Shown: positions 51,701 to 64,000 of the stretch, piece by piece | Layout: each line of letters starts with the position of its first letter | How positions within the stretch are numbered: the first letter of the stretch is position 1 | Source of the DNA: Mobula birostris | Taxonomy: Eukaryota | Assembly: GCF_030028105.1 (NCBI RefSeq) | Contig: NC_092397.1 | Span: forward strand, 42,474,613 to 42,538,612 | Length of the DNA: 64,000 bases | Direction of reading: 5' to 3' | Program-made: the position numbers and the translations under genes | Notes under the pieces: generated by a model | The model's database searches: none | What the model saw: the letters and a program-made list of their open reading frames with translations, nothing else | Told to the model about the DNA's origin: nothing

Positions 51701-53249
51701 GTCCTCTCTTGTGGAAGGAAACAGAATTCATGACTTCAGTTGTCAGTCCAGGGTCAACATAGTTGAGTTGACATTTGTACAGTGAAAATAAAGTGCAGGC
51801 TTTGAATTAAATAGGATCCGTGTAGAGAATTGTCTAACCTAGGTCAGTTGGCAAAAGGTCAACGAGTACATGGATGAGGGAAGTGTGGAGGGTCAAGTCA
51901 AGTCAAGTTTGTTGTCATTTAACTATATACATGTATATCATCAAACGAGACAATGTTTCTCCAGACCAGGATGTAAAGCACAGTAGTACAGATAACACAC
52001 ATATATAACACACAATAACTTCAGACAGTAAGGATAAAGTCTGCTAGATCATGGAAAGAAACTAGAGCACTACAGTGAAGCCTACACGGTCACAAGATGG
52101 ACATGCAAACTACACAAAAGAGCACTGGAGATTAGGTCTGAGTCCACTGTGTTGTTTCACAGCAGTACTATTTTCAAGCAATTGACTTACGTTCTTTTTC
52201 TATGTGATTAAGCACATATGGCTTTTATTTTGAAAAGAGCAGTTTCAGATCTGTATGAGGTCACTTCCTGCAGTCAGGAACTAGAAAGTAGGAAAGCACT
52301 TTGGCTGGCAGAAGTCCAGAGGTTTATGTCAGGAGCTAAAAAAGTTTCTGTCTAAAACCCCCCTGTTGTTTCCCCAGCAGAAGCATTGACTGTAACTTGA
52401 TGTTATACTGTTTAGACGTTAATCTAAAGATATCAGCAAGATTTTGCTAAAATAGAACATTAACTTTGAGTTTATTAGACACTAACTTAGATGCTAATGG
52501 TTTACACATACTACTTAACTGCAGTCAGAATCCTATAATACTTACCTGTAGGAAATTTAGCTAAGTTCTCACTTACCTGTGCATATTTACTTGTGGGACT
52601 GGCTAGATTTGTGTTGTATTTTGTTGTTTTTCAGTTTCACTCCTTATTCACTCTATTGTGCTATTGAGTCTGAAATAAAACCCAAGGAGCTAGGAGACCA
52701 TACCCTGACTCTCATGTCATTTTGAATGGAGTTTGGCTCACTGTCTAATTGACGTTACAACACCTCGGGGGGTGGGGGGGGTCAATACAATTGGTATTGG
52801 TTTATTATTGTCATATGCACCAAGATACAGTGAAAAGTTTGTTGTTTGCACACTGCTTATGCAGATCAAATCACTGCAGTGTGCATTGACCTGGAATTAC
52901 GTAAAAGAATAACAATGCAGAATAACGTGTCAAACCTACCAAAAGAGTGCAGTGCAGGTAAAGTGCAAACTCATAATGAAGTAGATTGTGAGGCCAGGAG
53001 TACATCTTGCTGCACAAGAGGTCCATTTAAGTGTCTGACAGCAGTGGGGCAGAAGCTGTCCGTGAGCCTGGTTCCAGCTCAGTTCTTTCAGCTGTTCGTA
53101 TCTTTGGCCCAATGGGAGAGGAGTGAAAAGAGAATGTGCAGGGTGCATAGGATTTTTAATAATAATAATAAATACTTTATTGATCCTGAGTGGCCAATTA
53201 TTTCATTACAGCAACAACACTTAGCAATAATAATAGTAAATATAATAAT

Positions 53250-53452
53250 GGTTTTGTTGGTGTTCAGTCATTAAGTCGAGTCCGTCTCTTCATGACCAGT
53301 GGACCATAGGGTTTTCACGGCAAGATACAGAAATAGATTGCCAGGCCTTTCTTCCACACAGATACTGCTGCTGCCCAGGTTGGGACCCGGCTGGGTTTGA
53401 ACTCACGACCATCTGCCTCAAAGTCCAGTGCTGATGCCACTACACCAGCTGG
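53250..53452 (-). mobile_element. tRNA-derived SINE with an RTE/BovB-like tail
   Basis: Minus strand A-box TGGTGTAGTGG and B-box GAGTTCAAACC; tail ...gtatcttgccgtgaaaaccctatgg...gactcgacttaatgactgaac. Confidence 0.7.
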
Positions 53453-53494
53453 TGTTAATTAACATGAATAATAGTATTAACTAATAATGAAGTG

Positions 53495-54299
53495 TTATGG
53501 TTATGGTTATGCACTTTGGTAGAAGAAATAAACGGGCAGACTATTACTTAAATGGGGAAAGAATTCAAAGTTCAGAGTTGCAAGGGGACTTGGGAGTCCT
53601 CGTACAGGATACCCTTAAGGTTAACCTCCAGGTTGAGTCGGTGGTGAAGAAGGCGAATGCAATGTTGGCATTCATTTCTAGAGGAATAGAGTATAGGAGC
53701 AGGGATGTGATGTTGAGGCTCTATAAGGCACTGGTGAGACCTCACTTGGAGTACTGTGGGCAGTTTTGTTCTCCTTATTTAAGAAAGGATGTGCTGATGT
53801 TGGAGAGGGTACAGAGAAGATTCACTAGAATGATTCCGGGAATGAGAGGGTTAACATATGAGGAACGTTTGTCTGCTCTTGGACTGTATTCCTTGGAGTT
53901 TAGAAGAATGAGGGGGGACTTCATAGAAACATTTTGAATGTTGAAAGGCATGGACAGAGTGGATGTGGCAAAGTTGTTTCCCATGATGGGGGAGTCTAGT
54001 AGGAGAGGCATGACTTAAGGATTGAAGGGCACCCATTCAGAACAGAGATGCAAAGAAATTTTTTTAGCCAGAGGATGGTGAATCTATGGAATTTATTGCC
54101 ACAGGCGGCAGTGGAGGCCAAGTCATTGGGTGTATTTAAGGCAGAGATTGATAGGTATCTGAGTAGCCAGGGCATCAAAGGTTATGGTGAGAAGGCGGGG
54201 GAGTGGGACTAAATGGGAGAATGGATCAGCTCATGATAAAGTGGCGGTGCAGACTCGATGGGCCAAATGGCCGACTTCTACTCCTTTGTCTTATGGTCT
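53495..54299 (+). mobile_element. CR1 3' fragment
   Basis: ORF 53497-53937 is the CR1 RT C-terminus; 3' end ctcctttgtcttatggtct; apparent TSD aagtg. Confidence 0.9.
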
Positions 54300-54808
54300 A
54301 AGTGCAGAATAATAATATATACAATAATAGTTTACTAATGTGGGATACTGTGCAATAATAATGTACGAAATAACAAAGCAGAGACTTTGGATCGGGACTA
54401 CAGAGCGTCGTGGGAGCTGAATTGTGAAGGAAGGCAGTTTTTTTTAAAAACTTCTTTGAGTGCAAGAAGGACGAGACTGTGCAGGCGCGTGACGTCAGCA
54501 GGACCGCGCGGAGAGTTTAAAAAGGAGACCACCCTATACAGTGGGCAGCTGTCGGAGCTGGTAGCGGAGTGAGTGGTAGCAGAGTGTAGGGCTTTGGCTT
54601 CAACGTGCTTAGGCGGTAAACGGGAAGAGACTAGAGCGAAGCCCCAACTCTTTTTTCTCTCCCCCCCCCACCCCTTTCGCGAATCGGTCCAGACAGACAG
54701 GAACAGCAGGGCTCTCACAGCTAACAGTTTAAAAAGTTCGTCTGTTTGGCGAGGTAAGTGGGTGAGTAGACTTATCTTTCCTGTTTCATTCCTGTAGAAT
54801 TAGATAGC

Positions 54809-55771
54809 ATGCCTGCAGGGTTAGTGCTTTGTTCAGGGTGTCAGATGTGGGAATCCTAGGAGACTTCCAGCCTCCCTGATGGCCACATCTGCACCAGGTG
54901 CACCGAGTTGCAGCTCCTCAGAAACCGTGTTAGGGATCTGCAGCTGCAGCTTGATGACCTAGTGCTTATCAGGGAAAGTGAAGAGGTGATAGACAGGAGC
55001 TACAGGGAGGTAGTCATCCCTAGGCTACAGGAGTCAATAGTCATCCCTAGGCTACAGGAGTCAGAACACTGGGTCACTGTCAAGAGAGGGAAGGGAAATG
55101 CCCGGATAGTGGAGAGCACCCCTGTGGCTGTCCCCCTCAGCAACAAATATCTTGTTCTGGATGCTGTTGAGGGGGATGACTTGACGGGGGACGCCCACAG
55201 TGACCAGGTCTCTGGCACTGAGCCTGGCGCTGTTGTGCAGGAGAGAAGGAGGGAGAAGAGAAATGCGGTAGTCGTGGGGGATTTCATAGTCAGGGGAACA
55301 GACAGGAGATTCTGTGAGCCTGACAGAGATACCCGCATGGTGTGTTGCCTCCCAGGTGCCAGGGTACGGGATGTCTTGGATCGGGTCCTGAATATTCTAA
55401 AGGGGGAGGGTGAGCAGCCAGTTGTCTTGGTACATGTTGGTACCAATGACATAGATAGGACAAAGGAGGAGGTCCTGAAGAGAGATTTCCAGGAGTTAGT
55501 AAAGAAGCTGAGAAGCAGGACCTCCAGGGTAGTAATCTCGGGATTGCTACCTGTGCCACGTGCTAGCGAGGGCAAGAGTCGTCGGATCAGGCAGATGAAT
55601 GTGTGGCTGAGAGACGGGTGTAGGGGGCAGGGCTTCAGATTCTTGGATAATTGGGATCTCTTCTGGGGAAAGTATGACCTGTTCAAAAAGGACAGGTTAC
55701 ACCTGAACCCGAAGGGGACCAATATCCTGGCGGGAAAGTTTAATAGAGCTGTTAGGGAGGGTTTAAACTAA
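54809..55771 (+). pseudogene. CR1 ORF1 (Cys cluster, coiled coil, SGNH esterase-like), in-frame TAG at 54857
   Basis: ATG at 54809, CSGC...HICTRC, VVGDFIVRG, CCLPGARV, VHVGTND and DRLHLN; 27-bp in-frame duplication at 55011-55064. Confidence 0.85.
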
Positions 55772-55868
55772 TTTGGCAGGGGGATGGGAACCGGAATGAT
55801 AGAGCGGAGGAAGGGGAAAACAGAAATAAATCTAAGATAGCAGTAAAGATGTCAGGAAAGACAGGCAG

Positions 55869-58665
55869 GTGATGGGGAAAATGTGTAGCCATTGGGATGA
55901 GTTGAAGTGCAATAAAGTTGCAGTGAAATCAAAGCAAAAAGTATCAAATACTGGTCTTAAGGTGTTGTACTTAAATGCACTCAGCATAAGGAATAAGGTG
56001 GATGACCTTGTTGTACAGCTACAGATTGGCAGGTATGATATTGTGGTCATCACTGAGACCTGGCTAAAGGATGCATGTCTCTGGGAGCTGAACGTCCAAG
56101 GATACACGGTGTATCAGAAGGATAGGAAGGTAGGCAGAGGGGGAGGCGTGGCTTTATTGGTAAGAAATGATATTAAATCATTAGAAAGAGGTGATACAGG
56201 ATCGGAAGGTGCAGAATCTTTATGGGTTGAGCTAAGGAATAGCAGGGGTAAAAAGACCCTGATGGCAGTTATTTATAGGCCTCCAAACAGCTGCAGGGAT
56301 GTGGACTACAAATTACAACTGGAAATAGAAAAGGCTTGTCAGAAGGGCAGTGTTATGATAATTGTGGGGGATTTTAACATGCGAGTAGATTGGAAAAATC
56401 AGGTCGGCACTGGATCTCAAGAGGGAGAATTTGTAGAATGTCTGCGAGATGGCTTTTTAGAGCAGCTTGTTGTTGAGCCCACTAGGGGATCAGCTGTACT
56501 GGATTGGGTATTGTGTAATGAACCGGAGGTGATTGGAGAGATTGAGGTGAAGGAACCCTTAGGAGACAGTGATCATAACATGATTGAGTTCACTGTGATA
56601 TTAGAAAAAGAGAAGCTGAAATCTGATGTGTCGGTGTTTCAGTGGAGTAAAGGGAATTACAGCGGCATGAGAGAGGAACTGACCAAAGTTGACTGGAAAG
56701 AGACACTGGTGGGAAAGACGGCAGAGCAGCAGTGGCTGGAGTTTATGCAAAAAATGAGGAATGTGCAAGACAGGTATATTCCAAAAAAGAAGAAATTTTC
56801 GAGTGGAAAAAGGATGCAACCGTGGTTGATAAGAGAAGTCAAAGCCAAAGTTAAAGCAAAGGAGAGGGCATACAAGGAAGTAAAAATTAGTGGGAAGACA
56901 GAGGATTGGGAAGTTTTTAAAACCTTACAAAAGGAAACCAAGAAGGTCATTAAGAAAGAAAAGATTAACTATGAAAAGAAACTGGCAAATAATATCAAAG
57001 AGGATACTAAAAGCTTTTTCAAGTATATAAAGAGTAAAAGACAGGTGAGAGTAAATATAGGACCGATAGAAAATGATACTGGAGAAATTGTAATGGGAGA
57101 TGAGGAGATGGCAGAGGAACTGAACAAGTATTTTGCATCAGCCTTCACTGAGGAAGACAGCAGGATACCGGACACTCAAGGGTGGCAGGGAAGAGAAGTG
57201 TGCGCAGTCACAATTACGACAGAGAAAGTACTCAGGAAGCTGAATAGGCTAAAGGTCGATAAATCTCCTGGACCAGATGGAATGCACCCTTGTGTTCTGA
57301 AGGAAGTAGCTGTGGAGATTGCGGAGGCATTAGCGATGATATTTCAAAAGTCGATAGATTCTGGCAGGGTTCCGGAAGACTGGAAGATTGCAAATGTCAC
57401 TCCACTATTTAAGAAGGGGGCAAGGAAGCAAAAAGGAAATTATAGACCTGTTAGCTTGACGTCGGTGGTTGGGAAGTTGTTGGAGTCGATTGTCAAGGAT
57501 GAGGTTACAGAGTACCTGGAGGCATATGACAAGTTAGGCAGAACTCAGCATGGATTCCTTAAAGGAAAATCCTGCCTGACAAACCTATTACAATTTTTTG
57601 AGGAAATTACCAGCAGGCTAGACAAGGGAGATGCAGTGGATGTTGTATATTTGGATTTTCAGAAGGCCTTTGACAAGGTGCCACACATGAGGCTGCTTAA
57701 CAAGATAAGAGCCCATGGAATTACAGGAAAGTTATATACGTGGATAGAGCGTTGGCTGTTTGGCAGGAAACAGAGAGTGGGAATAAAGGGATCCTATTCT
57801 GGTTGGCTGCCGGTTACCAGTGGTGTTCCACAGGGATCAGTGTTGGGGCCGCTTCTTTTTACATTGTACATCAACGATTTGGATTATGGAATAGATGGCT
57901 TTGTGGCTAAGTTTGCTGACGATACGAAGATAGGTGGAGGGGCCGGAAGTGCTGAGGAAACGGAGAGTCTGCAGAGAGACTTGGATAGATTGGAAGAATG
58001 GGCAGAGAAGTGGCAAATGAAGTACAATGTTGGAAAGTTATGCACTTTGGCAGAAAAAATAAACGGGCAGACTATTATTTAAATGGGGAAAGAATTCAAA
58101 GTTCAGAGTTGCAACGGGACTTGGGAGTCCTCGTGCAGGATACCCTTAAAGTTAACCTCCAGGTTGAGTCGGTAGTGAAGAAGGCAAATGCAATTTTGGC
58201 ATTCATTTCTAGAGGAATAGAGTATAGGAGCAGGGATGTGATGTTGAGGCTCTATAAGGCGCTGGTGAGACCTCACTTGGAGTACTGTGGGCAGTTTTGG
58301 TCTCATTATTTAAGAAAGGATGTGCTGACGTTGGAGAGGGTACAGAGAAGATTCACTAGAATGATTCTGGGAATGAGAGGGTTAACATATGAGGAACGTT
58401 TGTCCGCTCTTGGACTGTATTCCTTGGAGTTTAGAAGAATGAGGGGAGACCTCACAGAAACATTTCGAATGTTAAAAGGCATGGACAGAGTGGATGTGGC
58501 AAAGTTGTTTCCCATGATGGGGGAGTCTAGTACGAGAGGGCATGACTTCAGGATTGAAGGGCGCCCTTTCAGAACAGAAATGCGAAAAAATTTTTTTAGT
58601 CAGAGGGTGGTGAATCTATGGAATTTGTTGCCACAGGCAACAGTGGAGGCCAAGTCATTGGGTGT
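55869..58665 (+). pseudogene. CR1 ORF2 endonuclease-reverse transcriptase, frameshift at ~58035
   Basis: LYLNA..IRNK, ITETWL, GDFN, SDHN, YRPVSLTS, PQGSVLGP and FADDTK; continues in the 57998 frame. Confidence 0.92.
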
Positions 58666-60275
58666 ATTGAAGGGATTGAAGGCAGATAAATCCCCAGGGC
58701 CAGATGGTCTGCATCCTAGAGTGCTTAAGGAAGTAGCCCAAGAAATAATGGATGCATTAGTGATAATTTTTCAAAACTCGTTAGATTCTGGACTAGTTCC
58801 TGAGGATTGGAGGGTGGCTAATGTAACCCCACTTTTTAAAGAAGGAGGGAGAGAGAAACCGGGGAATTATAGACCGGTTAGTCTAACGTCGGTGGTGGGG
58901 AAACTGCTGGAGTCAGTTATCAAAGATGTGATAACAGCACATTTGGAAAGCGGTGAAATCATCGGACAAAATCAACATGGATTTGTGAAGGGAAAATCAT
59001 GTCTGACGAATCTCATATAATTTTTTGAGGATGTAACTAGTAGAGTGGATAGGGGAGAACCAGTGGATGTGGTATATTTGGATTTTCAAAAGGCTTTTGA
59101 CAAGGTCCCACACAGGAGATTAATGTGCAAACTTAAAGCACATGGTATTGGGGGTAAGGTATTGATGTGGATGGAGAATTGGTTCGCAGACAGGAAGCAA
59201 AGAGTGGGAATAAACGGGACCTTTTCAGAATGGCAGGCGGTGACCAGTGGGGTACCGCAAGGCTCAGTGCTGGGACCCCAGTTGTTTACAAAATATATTA
59301 ATCACTTGGATGAGGGAATTAAATGCAGCATCTCCAAGTTTGCGGATGACGCGAAGCTGGGTGGCAGTGTTAGCTGTGAGGAGGATGCTAAGGGGATGCA
59401 GAGTGACTTGGATAGGTTGGGTGAGTGGGCAAATTCATGGCAGATGCAATTTAATGTGGATAAATGTGAAGTTATCCACTTTGGTAGCAAAAATAGGGAA
59501 ACCGATTATTATCTGAATGATGGCCGATTAGGAAAAGGGGAGGTGCAACAGACTTGGGTGTCATTATACACCAGTCATTGAAAGTGGGCATGCAGGTACA
59601 GCAGGCGGTGAAAAAGGCGAATGGTATGCTGGCATTTATAACGAGAGGATTTGAGTACAGAAGCAGGGAGGTACTACTGCAGTTGTACAAGGCCTTGGTG
59701 AGACCAGACCTGGAGTATTGTGTGCAGTTTTGGTCCCCTAATCTGAGGAAAGACATCCTTGCCATAGAGGGAGTACAAAGAAGGTTCACCAGATTGCTTC
59801 CTGGGATGGCAGGACTTTCATATGAAGAAAGACTGGATGAACTGGGCTTGTACTCGTTGGAATTTAGAAGATTGAGGGGGGATCTGATTGAAACGTATAA
59901 AATCCTAAAGGGATTGGACTGGCTAGATGCAGGAAGATTGTTCCCGATGTTGGGGAAGTCCAGAACAAGGGGTCACAGTTTGAGGATAAAGGGGAAGCCT
60001 TTTAGGACTGAGATTAGGAAAAACTTCTTCACTCAGAGAGTGGTGAATCTGTGGAATTCTCTGCCACAGGAAGCAGTTGAGGCCAGTTCATTGGCTATAT
60101 TTAAGAGGGAGTTAGATATGGCCCTTGTGGCTACGGGGATCAGGGGGTATGGAGGGAAGGCTGGGGCGGGGTTCTGAGTTGGATGATCAGCCATGATCAT
60201 AATAAATGGCAGTGCAGGCTCGAAGAGCTGAATGGCCTACTCCTGCATCTATTTTCTGTGTTTCTATGTTTCTAT
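58666..60275 (+). mobile_element. 5'-truncated CR1 of another subfamily nested in the long CR1
   Basis: Begins at LKADKSPGPDGLHP and ends tttctatgtttctat; host sequence gtcattgggtgtatt|taaggcagag is split. Confidence 0.9.
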
Positions 60276-61692
60276 GTATTTAAGGCAGAGATTGATAGGT
60301 ATCTGAGTAGCCAGGGCATCAAAGGTTATGGTGAGAAGGCGGAGCAGTGGGACTAAATGGGATAAAATGGATCAGCTCATGATAAAATGGCGGAGCAGAC
60401 TCGATGGGCCAAATGGCCGACTTCTGCTCCTTTGTCTTATGGTCTAAGTGCAGAATAATAATATATACAGTAATAGTTTACTAATGTGGGATACTATGCA
60501 ATAATAATGTACGAAATAACAAAGCAGAGACTATTATGCTGTGTGTGTTCTCCTGTCGCACAGAGACGTATACGCTTATTGCATTTGCTTTAGTGCTGCT
60601 GGCTGCCTTACCGAGGAGGGGGTAAGTACAGAAGAGAGTCCATGGAACGGGGCTGGTTCCTGTGATGTGCTGAGCTATGGTCACAACAGCTCTGCGGTTT
60701 CTTGTGGTCACATGCAGAGTTCCTGCATTGTGCACCCAGACGGGATGCTTTGTATGGTAAAAATTGATACAAATGGGACTGTGCTGAACTTCCTCAGCCT
60801 CCTGAGGAAGTGGAGGCGTTGGTAAGCTTCGTTGCCCGTGACATTGGTGTGGACTGACTCAGGCTATTGGTGATGGTCACTTGTAACTCTCAACCTCAAC
60901 CCCACTGATGTAGGCAGCAGCCTGTGCATCACATCCCCACCCCTTCTGAAGTCAATTTTCAGCTCTTTTGTTGACATTGAGGGAAAGGTTGGTGTCGTGA
61001 CCAGTCCTAAAGGAACTAGTTATGATGACCACAAAACAGTCAGATTTCTATAAAACCCGATGTGATCTGTTTACCGTCTTCAGGAATAGAATGGATCAGT
61101 ACAGCCCAGGAACAGGCCCTTCGGCCCACAATATTGTGCTGAACCAGATTAAAAGTAAATCAAAAGCACCCAAACACGAATCCCTCCTACCTACACCGTG
61201 TCCATACCCCTCCATCTTCCTTACATCCATGTGCCTATCCAAACGTCTCCTAAAAGCCTCTAATGTATTTGCCTTGCTAATGAAAGAGGTCAGAGGAGAA
61301 TGGCCAGACTGGTCCAAGCTCTCAGGGGCGTGTCAGTAACTCAGATAACCACGTGGTGAGCCAAAGAGCATCTCTGAATACAGATCTTGTTGAATCTGGG
61401 AGTGGGTGGGCTACAGCAGCAGAAGACCACTCCAGGTTCCACACCTGTACCTAATAAAGTGGCTAATGAGTGTGTCTTCTATTAAACCATTGGAATGTTG
61501 CTAAAAATGTACTCAGTGTTACGTAAAATAAAATGTTATTAATCCCCCAATATTTTTATTTCATTTTCACATGATACACATCAATAAAAATAAAGCAAGC
61601 CGAAATATACAAACACTTTGGATTTTAGCTCCAGCTGTAATCTACCCATGTTCCTGACCATTGGCGTTCTTGACCTGGACCACAGCTCCGCC

Positions 61693-62538
61693 TGTGACAA
61701 AAGAACCAGTTATCAGAAGATTGATGCCAATAAGAGGACAATGGGGGAACATGCAAGATGCTAATAAGAGAGAGACGAGAGAGATTACCGAAAGGAGACA
61801 CCATTCCGAGTATTGTCAGAGACCGGTGGCTTTGAACCTGAACTGTTTGAAGGTTGATGGACAGGCGATACCCCAGCAGGGGGATAAAAAGGGACAGGTT
61901 CGCTAAGGCAACAGACACACGACTCCACGAGGTAACGAGACCCTGGAAGTGGTGTGCCCCCCCCCCCCACAAGTTGGAGGGAGTTTTTGGAGGTCTTGTC
62001 ACGGGATCAGCCACAGACGCACAGGGTGGAAAGATACGGTCGGGCGGGAACCTGCTGTGTGTTTCCGCCCTTGCCTGGGTGCCGGGTTCACCGCAGACGA
62101 ACGATCGTATCTGGAACGGAGGGGTCACAGTCGGTGACCTCAGAAGTTATTACAAAGGGCTCGCCCGAAAGCTAACTGCGAGGAATATCGAAGGTCTGTT
62201 TGGAAACCGATTTGCATATTCATTCGTGCTCTCTCTCTCTCTCTCCCCCCCCCCCCAACGACACGACGGTGATTACTGCGAACTGAATTAAACGGAACTC
62301 TGTGTCACTTGATGACTGATCATTTTACCCCTAGATTGCGATAGAGCTTGATTGATCCAATTATCCTAGTTCTGTGTACATGTGTGTTTATTCATTGCTG
62401 AACTGTTGCATTTATATCCTTTTGATTAGAGTACTGTGTTGCTTATTTCTTTAAAACTTTCTTAGTCCCAGGAATCCAGACCCCAACTAAGTGGTCCATT
62501 TCTGCTGGTTTGGCAACCCAGTTACGGGGTATGTAACA
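61693..62538 (+). mobile_element. Solo LTR (Gypsy-like, 846 bp)
   Basis: TGTGACA...TGTAACA ends; 4-bp flanks CGCC and CACC (one CpG-type change); TATA-like gataaaaa at ~61883. Confidence 0.65.
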
Positions 62539-62719
62539 CACCGAATACTCAGCCTACTCCCCGGTTCCGTCTGTACACCCTGCTTATATTTGAGACGATA
62601 TCTCAAACTCCAGACAAATGAGTAAGCCAGATACTGTAAATGGGAATTTTGCAGACCCATGAGAGGCAAGCATTTCATCCATGCCTATTTCAATAAAATC
62701 TTTAAATTGAAGGGGGTCT

Positions 62720-63190
62720 TAGCATCACAGAAAAGGCCCTTTGGCCCATCAAATCCATGCTGAACCGTTTGAACTCCCTATTCCCATCAACCTGCACTGG
62801 GACCATAGCCCTGCATACCCCTACCACCCATGTACCTATCTAAACTTCTTGAAATCGAGCTCACATGCACCACCTGCACTGGCAGCTCATTCCACACACT
62901 CACAACCCTCTGAGTCAAGACGTTTCCCCTTATGTTCCCCTTAAACTTTTCACCTTCACCCTTAAACCATCACCTCTAGTTGTAGTCCCATCCAACCTCA
63001 GTGGAAAAAGCCTGCTTACCTTTACCCTATCTATACCCCTCAGAATTTTGTATACCTCTATCAAATCTCCTCTCAGTCTTCTACGTTCTAAGGAATAAAG
63101 TCCTCACCTGTTCAATCTTTCCTTATAACTCAGGTCTTTCAGTTCTGGCAACATCCTTGTAAATTTTTTTCTGTACTCTTTCAATCTTAT
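62720..63190 (-). mobile_element. CR1 3' fragment
   Basis: Similar to 35570-36060 (cctcagtggaaaaagcctgctt...tatacctctatcaaatctcc). Confidence 0.8.
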
Positions 63191-63286
63191 TTGCGAACTT
63201 TGTAGATTAAATCTCACCATATGGAAACCGGCAATGGGTAATATTTTATTTATTTAAAATTTGAAGTTAGAGGGGTTGAAGGGCAG

Positions 63287-63582
63287 GCACCATGGTGGTG
63301 TAGCAGTTAGCACAATGCTATCACAGTTCAGGGTGTTCCAGAGTTGGGAGTTCAATTCCAGCACCTTCTGCAAGGAGTTTGTACATTCTCTCCGGGACCA
63401 CGTGGGTTTCCTCCAGGTGCTCCGGTTTCCTCCCACATCCCAAAGACGTACCGGTCCATCGGTTAATTGGTCATTGTAAAGTGTCCTGTGATTAGGCTAC
63501 TGTTAAATAGGTGAGTTGCTGTGTGGTGCAACTTGTTGGGCCGGAAGGGCCCATTCCGTACTATACAGTATCGCTAAATAAA
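63287..63582 (+). mobile_element. tRNA-derived V-SINE (HE1-like)
   Basis: A-box tggtgtagcag, B-box gagttcaattcc, V-domain gtgggtttcctccaggtgctccggtttcctcccaca, A-rich tail. Confidence 0.8.
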
Positions 63583-64000
63583 ATAATACAAAATAGAAAT
63601 AATTATATACATATGTAATATGTTTATTATAATTATTAAAATACATGTCTATAAACTCTGCATCAAAATAGAAATAAAGTTTAATATTTTACATGAATAC
63701 TGTAACACTTCTGGGGAGTATTTTAAATTCTACTTTACAATTATGAATACACTACACATAAAAAGAAAATCTGAATCAACTAATTCTTTTTGTGCTCACT
63801 TTTTAAAAGATTCATAAGTTTGTTTTCACGTCAACATGGCACAGTCAAACTGAACGAAAGCAGGCCTGACTGGAGCACATTTTACAAGGTCTCAACTTAT
63901 ACTGGAGATAATTCTGTTCTAGCAATCCTTATCAAGAGCATGTTCAAAGCAAACTTTTTCAAGCCGTTCAAACTGCACATAAGTTTGGGCAAAATTAAAA

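Larger units (their letters stand above)
54387..60445 (+). mobile_element. Near full-length CR1 LINE (5'UTR, ORF1, ORF2) interrupted by a second CR1
   Basis: CpG-rich 5'UTR with TGACGTCA; ORF1 and EN-RT ORF2; 3' end resumes at ~60276. Confidence 0.93.

Noticed and set aside
52364-52762. Possible solo LTR (TGTTG...CAACA with AATAAA at ~52674)
   Set aside because: The left boundary is ambiguous and the TSD is imperfect (cccc vs cctc).
55000-55722. 240-aa antisense ORF in CR1 ORF1
   Set aside because: Opposite-strand shadow of ORF1 with no recognisable domain.

Overview
Vertebrate genomic DNA, probably from a cartilaginous fish (inferred from the CR1/Penelope/V-SINE repeat landscape and the H1 type). 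It holds a dispersed replication-dependent histone cluster. Seven genes are intact and intronless, each with a 3' stem-loop: H4+, H3.2+, H1-, H2A-, H2B-, H2B-, H4-. There is also a 5'-truncated H3 pseudogene, three orphan histone promoters and a decayed C2H2 zinc-finger gene. Most of the rest is transposon-derived: many CR1 LINEs (one near full length), Penelope-like elements, I/Nimb-like and RTE LINE fragments, a Tc1 with nested CR1 and hAT insertions, tRNA-derived SINEs and a solo LTR. The main signals are: (1) about 11 copies, mostly decayed, of a minimal type-I hammerhead ribozyme motif at Penelope ends and inside short palindromic derivatives; (2) histone promoters abutting sense-oriented retroelement coding sequence or pointing into a spliced ZNF remnant; (3) a near full-length CR1 apparently rebuilt on an older fragment with an ~890-bp duplication; (4) a 538-bp TGT...ACA element with 206-bp inverted repeats and a 5-bp TSD. 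All alignments were done by eye, so repeat boundaries are approximate.
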